Origin: Candidatus Dormiibacterota bacterium
Lineage (GTDB): Bacteria > Chloroflexota > Dormibacteria > Aeolococcales > Aeolococcaceae
Direction of reading: 5' to 3'
DNA: 64,000 nt
NCBI GenBank assembly: GCA_963823765.1
Contig: CAWGML010000002.1
Coordinates: 1,404,709 to 1,468,708, forward strand
How positions within the stretch are numbered: position 1 is the first letter of the stretch; the number at the start of each line of letters is the position of its first letter. Below are positions 1 through 10,444 of this stretch, one piece after another. The notes under the pieces were generated by a model, which saw only the letters and a program-made list of their open reading frames with translations, did not search any database and was not told the origin of the DNA. A program made the position numbers and the translations under genes.

Positions 1-1
1 G

Positions 2-2204
2 ACTGCACTGGCCACCGTCCTGCTCGTCGCCGCGACCTCCGCCACGGTGTACGCCGCGCCGCAGGCCGCAGCGTCCACTGCCGCCGTGGCATCGCACTTC
101 GTCCTCGACGGGATCCACCTGAGCGTCGCAGGTGACGCGGTGCCGGCGGGCACGCCGTTCTCCGTGGCGTCCGCCGGCACCGCCGGCCCCTCCGCGTCGG
201 CGACGACCCACAACCCCTACCGCGAGCTCACCATCAACGCGGTGCCGTTCGCGACGAGCGACGGCGCTGAGCCGGTGATCGGAGTGGCACGAGCGGGCGG
301 CACGGCGTCGATGCGCAGCGCCCTCCAGGCGTTTCGCGCAACGCAACACGCGACCCCTCTCGGCAGCTACGCCGCATCGCTGTTCGGTTCCATGGTCGTG
401 GGCGATGCCAGCCTGCTCAGCCTGCGGCTCGAACTCACCTCAGACCGTGCTGACCGTCGTCGTCGAGTGGGTCACCCAGGCGGGCCCGCGAGCCTGGCTG
501 GTGCGTGCGGCAGCCCAGGTCGGCACGACGTCGGTGGCGGCGACCGCGTCCCGCCTTGCGCACCTCGTGGTCGCCGCCGGCGATGTCTCGACAGCCACGA
601 CCCTCGCTGCAGGACCAGCCTCGAGCGGCACCGGCAGTGGCGCCACCCAGGCGGCGCCGGTCGCCGGGAAGCAGGCGAGTGCGCAGGCGGGTGGCCTCAC
701 CTTTCCATCGTGGTGGAACGGCAACTGCGACACCGCCAACTACGCAGCGGGCGCACAGCAGCAGTGGGGCCGACCGGTGGCGGCATACCCGCTGAGCCCA
801 GGCGCGACATGGTTCGGCCTCGAGGCATGTGGTCCGCGCCCCGGCTACGGTGAGGGGCCCGATGTCGGCGCTCGCTTTCCCGGCTCGAGCTGGGGGGTTC
901 TCGAGTGGGAGTGCGTCGAGCTGAGCATGCGGTACATGGATCTCGCCTGGGGAGTGCACCCGTACCCGGCCAACGGCAAGGACGTCGTCTGGAACTATGC
1001 GAGCACACACAACCAGTTCAACCCGTCGGGCCCAGCGCTCGAGGCGATCTCCAACAACGGCAACGGTCCGCTCCCGCAGGCGGGCGACGTCCTCAGCTAC
1101 GGAGCCACCAGCAGCTTCGGACACACCTCCGTGGTGACCGCTGTCAATGTCAACACCTCAGGCAACGGCAGCGTGACGGTGCTCGAGGAGAATGCGTCGG
1201 CGAGTGGCTGGGCCGCCGTGCCTGTCACCTCGTGGGTCCTCGGCGGCTATGACGGCGGCGTGAGCGGCTGGCTGCACAACCCGGGCTTCCAGCCGGTGCC
1301 GTCGAACGCACGCGCCGCGATGCGCGCCACGGACGGCAGCACGCGCACGTTCTTCGGCCTTGACACGTCGTCGCCGGTCTTCGGCAGCAACTGGTCGTAC
1401 GAGGGCGGTGGTGCACTGGGCGCGCCCGCTGTCGTCTCGGTGCCGACTGCCAGCGACCACGGCTCGCCGTTGTACATCGTCACCGGGCTCGACCACAACG
1501 TGTGGATCCGCAGCGACGCCGCAGACTGGCGCTCGCTGTCGCCGTTTGCCGTGTACTGCACGGGGGCGCCCGGTGCGACAGTGGTGGCGCAGACCCCTGG
1601 ATCCTCGGGCACGTACGTGCTGGTGGTGGCCTGCCGAGGCGCCGACGGCGCGCTCTGGTACGCGCAGACCCCGATATCAACCAACCTGGCGACGCTGCCG
1701 TCCGCCCGCGCCTGGTGGGGCCTGGGTGGCGGCATCACCGACGCGCCTGCCGTCGTGGCCGTGGGGCGTTCGGGCAGCCTGCAGAGCGAGCTCACCTTCC
1801 TCGTCAACGGTGTCGACGGCCGGGTGTGGACCAGGACCGAGGCCTCGCAGTGGACCGCAACGTCGCTGGGTTGCGTCAACGACCTCGCCGCGGCCGCCGT
1901 CCTCACGACCTCGTTGGTGAGCACGTTCGCCTGCGAGGGTCCTGACCACGCGGTGTGGATCACAAGCAACACCGGTGCGGGGTGGAGTCCCCCCATGTCG
2001 TTGGGCAACTGGGTCCTGGACAGCCCCGGGATCGTCCTCAGCCCCACCTCGTTCACCGTGGTGGCTGAGGGCAACGACACGGCCATGTGGGAGACGACCA
2101 GCCCAACCGGCAGCCTCGCGTTCGGTGCCTGGACGTCGGACGGCGGATCGCTGAACGCCGGTGTCTCCGCCACAGCGCTGCTCCCGTCGACCGCCAACCC
2201 CTGA
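2..2204 (+). CDS. Secreted CHAP-domain peptidoglycan hydrolase with C-terminal six-repeat Trp-rich (lectin-like propeller) domain; 5'-partial, +1 frameshift at ~432
   Basis: Frame +2 is open from the window edge with a signal-like TALATVLLVAATSA. Removing one A in GAACTC (431-436) joins it to ORF 405..2204. CHAP motifs are ECVELSMRY, ANGKDV, GDVLSY, GHTSVV and EEN. Confidence 0.75.
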
Positions 2205-2276
2205 CCTCGTCGGGGCAGGCCTCAGGTCGAATCAGAGGACCACACCATCGCAGCGTGGTGCCCTAAGGTGACCGGG

Positions 2277-4794
2277 ATGCTGGAACCTCGCTGGCGCGAC
2301 GGCTCGTCCAGCCGCCCCGGCACGAGCGGGCGGTCGGGCGCCGGGACAGCCCGCATCCTGTCTGCGGGCGCGATGGTGGCCATGGTGCTGGCCGCGCAGG
2401 CGACCATCGGGTCGCCAGGAACTTCAGCAGAGGCGGCCGGTCCCGTGTATGACTGGCTCCAGTTCGACGGCACCCAGGCTCAGCAGGGGGACAACACCCT
2501 GGAGAGCGTGATCAGCCCGTCCGACGCCCACGCGCTGACCCTGGCATTCCGCGTCGGCCTTCCCAGCGTCGCAGACGGGGCGCCGGCATACCTGCACGCC
2601 GTCTCGACGCCGACCGGGACTTCGCGACCTGCTGTTCCTGACCACCAAGGACGGTCACATCCTCGCGGTGGACGCGCACACCGGGGCCCAGGTGTGGAGC
2701 CAGCAGCACGGCCCGGGGGGGTGCGGCGTCAACAACGGCACCACGCCGTGCTACACGACGTCATCGCCTGCCGTCGACCCCAACGGTCAGTGGGTGTACA
2801 GCTACGGCTTGGACGGCAGGGTGCACAAGCACGCCGTCGGCACCGGGACCGAGTCCACCACCGGCGGCTGGCCGGAGCTCACCACCACCAAGCCGTTCAA
2901 CGAGAAGGGCTCCTCCGCGCTCAGCATCGCGACCACCGCCGGAGGCACGTACCTGTACGTTGCCAATGGAGGCTACATCGGTGACAACGGCGACTACCAG
3001 GGCCACGTCACCACGATCAACCTGGGTACCGGCGCGCAGAACGTGTTCAACACGCTGTGCAGCAACCAGCCCGTCCACTTCGCGCAAAGGCCGGCGTCGC
3101 CGGACTGCCCCCAGGTCCAGTCAGCGGTCTGGTCCCGGCCGGGTGTCGTCTACGACCCGGGCACCGGGAGGATCTTCCTCAGCACCGGCAACGGCGACTT
3201 CGCCCCGTCGGCGCACGACTGGGGCGACAGCGTCCTCGCGCTCAACCCCGACGGCACGGGGAGCGGCGGAAACCCGCTGGACAACTACACCCCGGGGAAC
3301 TTCGCCAGCCTGCAGAGCAGCGACCTGGACCTGGGCAGCACCGCGCCGACAGTCATCCCGGGGATCGGGAGGTACCCACACCTCGCGGTCCAGGGAGGCA
3401 AGGACGGCATCCTGCGCGTGCTGGATCTTGCCAGCCTGAGCCAGCAGGGAGGCGTCGGCCACAACGGCGGTGACGTCAGCCACATCAACCTTCCCCAGGG
3501 CGGCGAACTGCTGTCTCAGCCGGCTGCCTGGGTCGACCCGAACGGGCACGCCTGGGTGTTCGTGGGCAACGACCGTGGGATCGCCGGCATCCAGGTGGGT
3601 CTCGCGGGGGGCAACACCCCCGCCCTGTTCGCCAAGTGGCAGCATGGCGGCGGCGCCACGAGCGGCATCACGTCGCCCCTGGTGGCCAACGGCGTGCTCT
3701 TCTGGGCCAGCCAGGCGGGGATCACCGCGTACGACGCGGCCACCGGGACCCAGCTCTGGCAGGACCCCACCATTGGTGGCTTTCATTGGGAGAGCCCGGT
3801 CGTGGCCAACGGCGCCATGTACATCACCGACGAGAGCGGCCATCTCAGTGCGTACGTCCCGCACGCCGGCTCCGGGATCCCGACACGCGCAGCCGGGCGG
3901 GCGACCGACGGCACCGGCTGGATGACGACCGGGAACGACGCCGCGCCGCCCGTGTTCGGCGGCACGTGGTCCAGCCTGAACACGGGCGCGATCATCGGGT
4001 CGGCGGCGGCGGTCTCCGTGCCTGGGTCCGCTGGCGGTGTCCCCTACTACGTGGCCACGGGGTCGGACCACAACGTGTATGTGCGCAGCGAGAGCGTCTC
4101 CTGGCGGTCGTTGTCACCACCCGGGACGAACTGCACGAGCAGCCCGGCGGCAACGTCGGCATATGAACGTGCCTCCGGACAGACCCTCCTCGTCGTAGCC
4201 TGCCGTGGCGCTGATGGGGCGCTGTGGTACGTGTCGGGGGCGGTTTCCGCGAACCCTTCGGTCCTGCCATCAGCCAGCGGCTGGAAGTCACTCGGCGGTG
4301 GCATGACCACTGACGGCCCGGCGATCGCCGCGATACCGCCGTTCACCTCCGTGAACAACGACCTGACGTTCCTTGTCAACGGGCTCGACGGGCAGGTGTG
4401 GGCGCGGACGCTGTCCGCCTCGTGGTGGCAGACCCCGTGGGGATGCACGGGCCACCTCGGGGCTGCAGCCGTGTCGAGCAGCATCTTCCAGGTGTTCGCC
4501 TTCGCCTGCCAGGGGAATGACGGGGCCGTCTGGATGGCGACCGACCGGGGCGGGTCCTGGAACCTCTTCTCCCTCGGCGGGACAGTCCTGGACGGCCCCG
4601 GCATCGCCCTCGGCCCGGATTCGATCACCGTGGTTGCCGAGGGTCGAACCGACCATCAGGTCTACCAGGACACCAGCCTCACCATCAACCCCACCAGCAA
4701 CGTGCCCTTCAACGGCTGGGCGCCGGCGGCGGGAAACGTGAGCAATGGTGCTACTGCTGCGGCTCTGCTGACACAGGCCGACAGCACCCCCTGA
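2277..4794 (+). CDS. Secreted PQQ-type beta-propeller protein with the same C-terminal six-repeat domain; +1 frameshift at ~2622
   Basis: ORF 2268..2984 (signal peptide, DWLQF) joins ORF 2668..4794 on removing one T in GACTTC (2618-2623). PQQ-like Trp-docking motifs AVDAHTGAQVW and AYDAATGTQLW, plus SSPAV and SPVVANG. The ATG at 2277 follows TAAGGT by 7 nt. Confidence 0.7.
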
Positions 4795-7700
4795 TCAGTT
4801 GGCCCGAGGCGGCGTGCGGGCCACGATGTACACGCCGGATGCCGCGGGACGCAGCTCGTCGTGACTCACCAGGGCGTCCAGTTGCTTGAGCTCGTCGACG
4901 ATCTTCGTCAACCTCTGTGAGGGCACCTTGCCGGGGAGGTTGACGCTCTTCAGCAACCAGTCGACGGTGAATGACAGCTCGCCGAACCAGTCCGCCTCGA
5001 GGATCTCACACGATTTGAAGAGCTCTTCGACGCCCCACGGGGTCATGTTGAAGAAGTGGTACGGCACGGCGTGGAGCGGCTGCATGAACGCCACCTCGGT
5101 GAGGATCAACCCGCCGGGCTCGGTGACCCGGATCAGCTCGTTGGCAGCGTCGAACGGGTTGGCGATGTGCTCGAACACGGCCTGGCTGAACACGAACGTG
5201 AAGCTGTCATCAGCGAACGGGAGGCTGTGGATGTCGCCGTACGCGTCGGCCAGCTCGAACTTCAGGTACTCGAAGTTGAGGTGACGCGGGTTGGTGCGCC
5301 GTCGATCACCGCCGCCGACCTCGAGGATCAGCGCGTCCGACGGAAGTGCGGCCAGGTGTCGCTCGATCACATCGCTGTAGGGGTTGCCGCGGTTGATCGC
5401 CGCGGGTTCCGCGAAACCCTCCGGTGTGCCTGTCGGGCCCAGCAACACCAACTCCTCGACGAGGACCTGCGCGCCCGCCGACGCGGGCGAGCCGACGCCG
5501 CGGGGACGGACGGCCAGGGTGTGCTCTGCAAAGGGCAGGTCCTCTGCAGCGGCAACACCGATCACCGCAGATCCCTCGGCTTGGAAGAGGTCGATGCTCG
5601 ACGTCAGTCGATCGTCCACGAAGATGTCCACGACACCGGACGACGGGTGCGTGTAGAAGCGCACGATGGCATCGGTGAAACGCCCCTGGAAGCGGATGGA
5701 ATCGGTCAGGGAACCGTCGGAGTACAGTCCGCCGGCGCCGTGGGGGTGCCAGCCCCCGGTCACCACCAGGCTGGGGTCGGCTGCAGGCAGGCGGCGTTCG
5801 CCCGGCGTGGTGATGACACGCAGTGGTTCGGCCGGCCGCCGCCCTCGGTCGTCCGGCCGGAAATCCAGCTTGAAGTTGCTGACCGTGGCGATGACGCCGC
5901 ACCGCTCGCACACAACCTGACCAGACTTGATGCGACCGTCCTCTGTGGCGACCGCGGCAACAATCTCCGGTCGCACGCGGCACGCGGGGCAGACCAGTCG
6001 TTCCAGCACGTCCCCGCCAGTCACGCGAGGTTGCCGGGGGCTGTCGTGCGGCGCCGCCACCGAGGACCCCTCATGGTGGCCGGCCGGGGCTGACGGCGCC
6101 GTCGCCACGGGAACCGCCGGCGACGTCGACGACGAGGGGGTTGACGCGGTGCCGCTGACATCCCTGCCGGCGAGCAGCGCGTACTCGTGGCTGATCCCCT
6201 CGACCATCCGTGTGACGCTGTAGCGTTCCTCGAACAGGAGGCGGGAGCGACGACCATATTGCGCACGCAGCTCAGCGGATTCGAGCAGCCGCGCCACCGC
6301 GGCCTGGAGCGCGCCGGCGTCCCCGGGCGGGATCAGGTAACCGTTGCCCGCATCCTCGACGATATCCGTCATGCCCCCGACACGGCAGGCCACGACCGGC
6401 TTCCCGAAGCGCATCGCTTCGAGCAGGATCAACCCGAACGACTCGTATCGCGACGGAGCCACGAAGACGTCGCACGCGGCGTACTCGGCGAGCAGCTCGT
6501 CGTCATCAAGCACGCCGGTGAAGCGGACCCGGTCCCGCAGCTGCCTGCCGATCTCCGACTGCTCGAACGCCTGCCGCGGGGTGCGACCGTCGGTTCCGGG
6601 GTGAGTGTCCTTCCCCACGATCACGAAGCACGCTGCGGGGAAGCTCGCGGCCAGCGACGGGACGGCTTCCAGGAGGGTGTCGATCCCCTTTCGTGGTTCG
6701 AGCCGCCCAACGAACAACACGGTCAGCTCGTCGTCCTTCCTGGTGACCTCCGGAGCGGCCGTGTCCGGTAAGGCGTGGCCCACATAGCCGATGCGCCCCG
6801 GGTCCAATGACAGCCCATAGCGCTCCTCGATCTCGGTGACGATCGCCGGGCCACAGGCCAGCAGGAGGTCGGCCCTGGTGTAGCAGAACCGTTCGACCTG
6901 CTCCAGCTGGGCGAGTGTCGTGCTCGGCGCGGCGAGCACGGGGTCGACGGCACGCGTGGATTTGAGAGGCGTGTACAGGCCGAGCACGGTCTTGAATCCG
7001 CCGGCGAGCAGGACGGCGATCCCCTCCGAGTCCCAGTTCGGTGCCTGGACGACGTCCACCGGGCGCTGACCGTTGATCCTGCGCAGCTCGTCGAGGAGGG
7101 TCGCCGAGTAATCCCAGATCTCCTGAGGCACAGGGATGTCCGCGGGCGTGGTGTGGGGGCGCACGAGCAGGCGATGGACCCACACACCGTCCTCGAGGTC
7201 CACCCGATCGTGGCCGGACCCGCGGGTCAGCACATGCACCACGTGGCCGGCGGCGGCGAGGCCTGAGGCGAGCGTGTGCACGACTCGGGCGATTCCGTTC
7301 AGCTGCTGCGGCGGCCATTCCTGGCTGAAGAGACACACGGTGAGGCGCTGCTCGGCCGGTCGGAGCAGCGGAAACCGCAGCAACGGCTCCGGCGACGCGA
7401 AGAAGTCCGGTGAGCGGTTACCGCGACCCCCGGCCAGGTGGGCCCGCAATCCGTCGTCGAACGCGCGAGGGACGTCGGCCTCGAAACGGCGCGCGTCGAC
7501 CGCGTCCAGAGTGCCCTGCTCCACATGCCAGCGGAGGTCGCCTCTCTGGGTGTCGACAACGTCGGTGAGCCGGCGGCAGACCTCGGCGAACGAGCTGTGG
7601 CCGAGGCCGTGCTTGAGCGCAAAGTAGCAGGTGTTCTTGAGCACAGCGTAGCGGTCGCGCAGCGCGCGATCCGACGTACGGATGTCGCTCGACAGGAACT

Positions 7701-8346
7701 TGTGGTACACGTAACCGTCATCGAGGGCACGGATCACCAGCCCCCTGTTCACCAGGCGCAGGCAGGCGTCGGTCTCCTCCAGGTAGTACTCGAACTCCTC
7801 GTCGAAGCCGCCGATCTCCACCAGGCGCGCGCGCAGGAACGAGGAGTTGGTGCCGATCGTGTACAGGAACTCCTCAGTGGTGGGGCTGTTGTGCGTCCAG
7901 GTCGGGTTGGGTCCATCGTTGTCGACGCGCGCCACCCCGAAGCGGTTGGCGAGGCTGTACCGAGCCTGGAGCTTGGCCCCCGTGTGGTCGTACACGGGGC
8001 CGCCGACCGCTGCCACCTCCGGTGTGTGGTACCCCTCCACGATCCTGTCGAGCCAGGCAGGATCGGGGTACGCGTCATCGTCGATGAATGCGACGATCTC
8101 GCCCGCGGCCCGTGCGACGGCGATGTTCCGTGACATCGCGAGGTTCGGCTCCGGGCACTTGGCTGTCTTCACCGTGCCCGCGTAATCGGCTAGCACGGTG
8201 TCGGTGTGGTCGGTTGACGGCCCGTCGACCACGACCACCTCGAAGTTCGGATAGTCGAGCTGGCGCAGCGATGCCAGGGTTCTCCTCAGGCTCTCCGCCC
8301 GGTTGTAGGTGTTGACGACGACCGACACGGTGGGGGCCCGGCTCAT
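4795..8346 (-). CDS. Multidomain glycosyltransferase: GT2 + GT4 + CxxC/CxxC Zn ribbon + beta-sandwich + class I SAM methyltransferase
   Basis: VVVNTYNR and AFIDDD (GT2); FVGRLEPRKG and PSRYESFGLILLEAM (GT4); CPAC and CERC; LILEVGGG and LPFADDSF (methyltransferase). The ATG overlaps the upstream stop. Confidence 0.85.
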   Translation of the reverse strand: MSRAPTVSVVVNTYNRAESLRRTLASLRQLDYPNFEVVVVDGPSTDHTDTVLADYAGTVKTAKCPEPNLAMSRNIAVARAAGEIVAFIDDDAYPDPAWLDRIVEGYHTPEVAAVGGPVYDHTGAKLQARYSLANRFGVARVDNDGPNPTWTHNSPTTEEFLYTIGTNSSFLRARLVEIGGFDEEFEYYLEETDACLRLVNRGLVIRALDDGYVYHKFLSSDIRTSDRALRDRYAVLKNTCYFALKHGLGHSSFAEVCRRLTDVVDTQRGDLRWHVEQGTLDAVDARRFEADVPRAFDDGLRAHLAGGRGNRSPDFFASPEPLLRFPLLRPAEQRLTVCLFSQEWPPQQLNGIARVVHTLASGLAAAGHVVHVLTRGSGHDRVDLEDGVWVHRLLVRPHTTPADIPVPQEIWDYSATLLDELRRINGQRPVDVVQAPNWDSEGIAVLLAGGFKTVLGLYTPLKSTRAVDPVLAAPSTTLAQLEQVERFCYTRADLLLACGPAIVTEIEERYGLSLDPGRIGYVGHALPDTAAPEVTRKDDELTVLFVGRLEPRKGIDTLLEAVPSLAASFPAACFVIVGKDTHPGTDGRTPRQAFEQSEIGRQLRDRVRFTGVLDDDELLAEYAACDVFVAPSRYESFGLILLEAMRFGKPVVACRVGGMTDIVEDAGNGYLIPPGDAGALQAAVARLLESAELRAQYGRRSRLLFEERYSVTRMVEGISHEYALLAGRDVSGTASTPSSSTSPAVPVATAPSAPAGHHEGSSVAAPHDSPRQPRVTGGDVLERLVCPACRVRPEIVAAVATEDGRIKSGQVVCERCGVIATVSNFKLDFRPDDRGRRPAEPLRVITTPGERRLPAADPSLVVTGGWHPHGAGGLYSDGSLTDSIRFQGRFTDAIVRFYTHPSSGVVDIFVDDRLTSSIDLFQAEGSAVIGVAAAEDLPFAEHTLAVRPRGVGSPASAGAQVLVEELVLLGPTGTPEGFAEPAAINRGNPYSDVIERHLAALPSDALILEVGGGDRRRTNPRHLNFEYLKFELADAYGDIHSLPFADDSFTFVFSQAVFEHIANPFDAANELIRVTEPGGLILTEVAFMQPLHAVPYHFFNMTPWGVEELFKSCEILEADWFGELSFTVDWLLKSVNLPGKVPSQRLTKIVDELKQLDALVSHDELRPAASGVYIVARTPPRAN

Positions 8347-9581
8347 GCCCCCGCTCCGATCGCCCACCCCAGCGAGTCCTGCTCGAGCGCCTCGACGAGC
8401 AGTTCGCCGTGCGTGCTGCCGGCAGCGGCCTCAGCCAGCATGTCGAGGAAGCCACGTCTGTAGGCCTGCGGTGAGTACTGCTCCACATGGGCCGCCACGG
8501 CCTCTCGCCACCGGTCCTCGGACAGACGACGCTCCCCGACGGGTAGCCACAGCGTCTCCCCCGACTCCCGCGCGGTCTGGACGGTGGTCACGTAACTCCT
8601 GATGGCCTCCGCCAGTGCCGACACGTCACCGGTGGGGACGAGCGTGGCCAACCCGCCCACGATGTTGGGAAGGTTGCCCGCGTCGTAGGCGATCACGTAG
8701 CAGCCTGCCGCCATCGATTCGATCACCGGCAGGCAGAAACCCTCGTGGTATGAAGGGATCACCAACGCATCGCTCGCCGCGTACAGGTCCGCGAGCTGCT
8801 CGTCGCTCGGCGAGAGCACCAGCTCGACGACGCCGCCGAGACCCTCGCGGGCGATGGCATCCTCGACAAGCTCGATGCACCCCGGCGACGAGAAGGCGCG
8901 GTGACCAGCCAGGGTGACCGTGAAACCGGCCGTGCCCGACCGGGCAACGGTGGCCACGGCGTCGACAAGGTCGATGACCCCCTTGGCGCGGACGAAGCGA
9001 CCGACAAAGAGCAGCCGCACCCTCTCCGAGCGCGGGGAGCGCGGCTTGGGCCTGATGGCCGGTGGCAGGTGAAGGACCGTCAGGTTCTCCCTCGGTATCC
9101 CGAGGGCGAGCAGGTCATCGCGGTTGAACTCACTGACGCAGGCAACCCGGTGGGCCCAGAAGAGGTTGTTCTTCTGCACCAGCGACGCCTCGAGCGTGGG
9201 ACGCAGCTCGGGCTCGGCCAGCGCGGGCGGGGTGACGTTGTGATAGGCGGCGAGCACCGGCTTGCCACGCAGAAGAATGATCGCATTGAAGAGCTCGTAG
9301 CGGATGCCGAACTCGAAGAAATGAAGGTCCGCCTCATGAAACTCACGGTGAGTGGCGAGCTGGTGGACGGTGGCGGCGCGCCGGATGCAGTCGCGGTTGT
9401 AATCGGTCGCCTGAGTGAACACCGTCACCCGCACCGGCACGCCCGCACCCGCGAGCTCCGTCAGGATGTCCAGCTTGAGGCGAAGGCTGTCCGATATCGC
9501 GTCAGCGTGCAGGAAGACGCCGGAGTAGAGCGCGACGTGAAACGTCGGCGACCGGACGACGCCCGCCGGCGGCGGGTGCAC
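8343..9581 (-). CDS. GT4 family glycosyltransferase
   Basis: YHNVTP, LLFVGRFVRAKG and PSYHEGFCLPVIESM. Start is placed at the GTG just after the upstream stop. Confidence 0.85.
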   Translation of the reverse strand: MHPPPAGVVRSPTFHVALYSGVFLHADAISDSLRLKLDILTELAGAGVPVRVTVFTQATDYNRDCIRRAATVHQLATHREFHEADLHFFEFGIRYELFNAIILLRGKPVLAAYHNVTPPALAEPELRPTLEASLVQKNNLFWAHRVACVSEFNRDDLLALGIPRENLTVLHLPPAIRPKPRSPRSERVRLLFVGRFVRAKGVIDLVDAVATVARSGTAGFTVTLAGHRAFSSPGCIELVEDAIAREGLGGVVELVLSPSDEQLADLYAASDALVIPSYHEGFCLPVIESMAAGCYVIAYDAGNLPNIVGGLATLVPTGDVSALAEAIRSYVTTVQTARESGETLWLPVGERRLSEDRWREAVAAHVEQYSPQAYRRGFLDMLAEAAAGSTHGELLVEALEQDSLGWAIGAGA

Positions 9582-9582
9582 G

Positions 9583-10437
9583 CTACCTCGTCGCCTCCGC
9601 GGCCTCGGGTCGACACGCGACGATCTCCATCTCGAAACAGGCGCCGTTGCGCCGGCCCACCTCGGTGCTGCGCACGTCCCGGAAGCCGGCCTCCTCGAGC
9701 AACGAGCCGAGCGAGTTGACAGTGAACATGTTGAAATGGAAATCGCCGTCGTATTCCTGCCCGCCATAGGTGACCAGGCGCAGGTCGTCGAACCCATATC
9801 TCCCGGCCGCGTACTCCTGGATCATCGTCTCCGCGTCGGGTACCACCGCGACGAACGCGGCGCCTGGGCGAAGCAGCGAGTACCAGTACGGCAGCAGTGC
9901 GCGCCGCAGCTGCTCGACGGGGAAGTGCTCCAGGAGGTGTGCGGAGAAGATCTCGTCGACCTCGCCCTCGCCGAACGGAAGACGTCCCACGTCGGCGACG
10001 ACGTCCACACCGGGAAGTGGCCGGCCGTCGACGTTGATGTATCCGTCGCGCGCGAGGTGGCCGGCGCCCAGGTTGAGTTGGATCGGCCCGGCCTCGACCT
10101 TGGCGGTGTTCACGACACGAGGTTCCTGCTCATAGCTGGCGCCTTCGCCCCTGGCGCCATGGCGCATCTCGAAGAGCATCTCGGTGCGGACGAACTCGAG
10201 CCGTGACTCCACCTGCCCGATGCGATCGTCGAGACGCTCCTCCGAACGCCGCGCCTGGCGCGCCACCGAGTTCTGCGTGGCGATGGCGTTGAGCAGGGTT
10301 GGCACGTACGCCTTGATGGCCTCGACGTCGGCGGCGATCGGACCCGCCCGCCGCTCGAAGCGTGCGTCCACGTACCGGATGAAGGGCCGGACGAATGGGT
10401 GGAGGACCTTCTTGACGAGGTTCTTCAGGGACTGCAC
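9583..10437 (-). CDS. SAM-dependent methyltransferase-domain protein with N-terminal helical/coiled-coil region
   Basis: LNLGAG, YINVD, LPF, AHLLEHF and LLRPGA motifs. Confidence 0.75.
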   Translation of the reverse strand: MQSLKNLVKKVLHPFVRPFIRYVDARFERRAGPIAADVEAIKAYVPTLLNAIATQNSVARQARRSEERLDDRIGQVESRLEFVRTEMLFEMRHGARGEGASYEQEPRVVNTAKVEAGPIQLNLGAGHLARDGYINVDGRPLPGVDVVADVGRLPFGEGEVDEIFSAHLLEHFPVEQLRRALLPYWYSLLRPGAAFVAVVPDAETMIQEYAAGRYGFDDLRLVTYGGQEYDGDFHFNMFTVNSLGSLLEEAGFRDVRSTEVGRRNGACFEMEIVACRPEAAEATR

Positions 10438-10444
10438 CGGAGCC

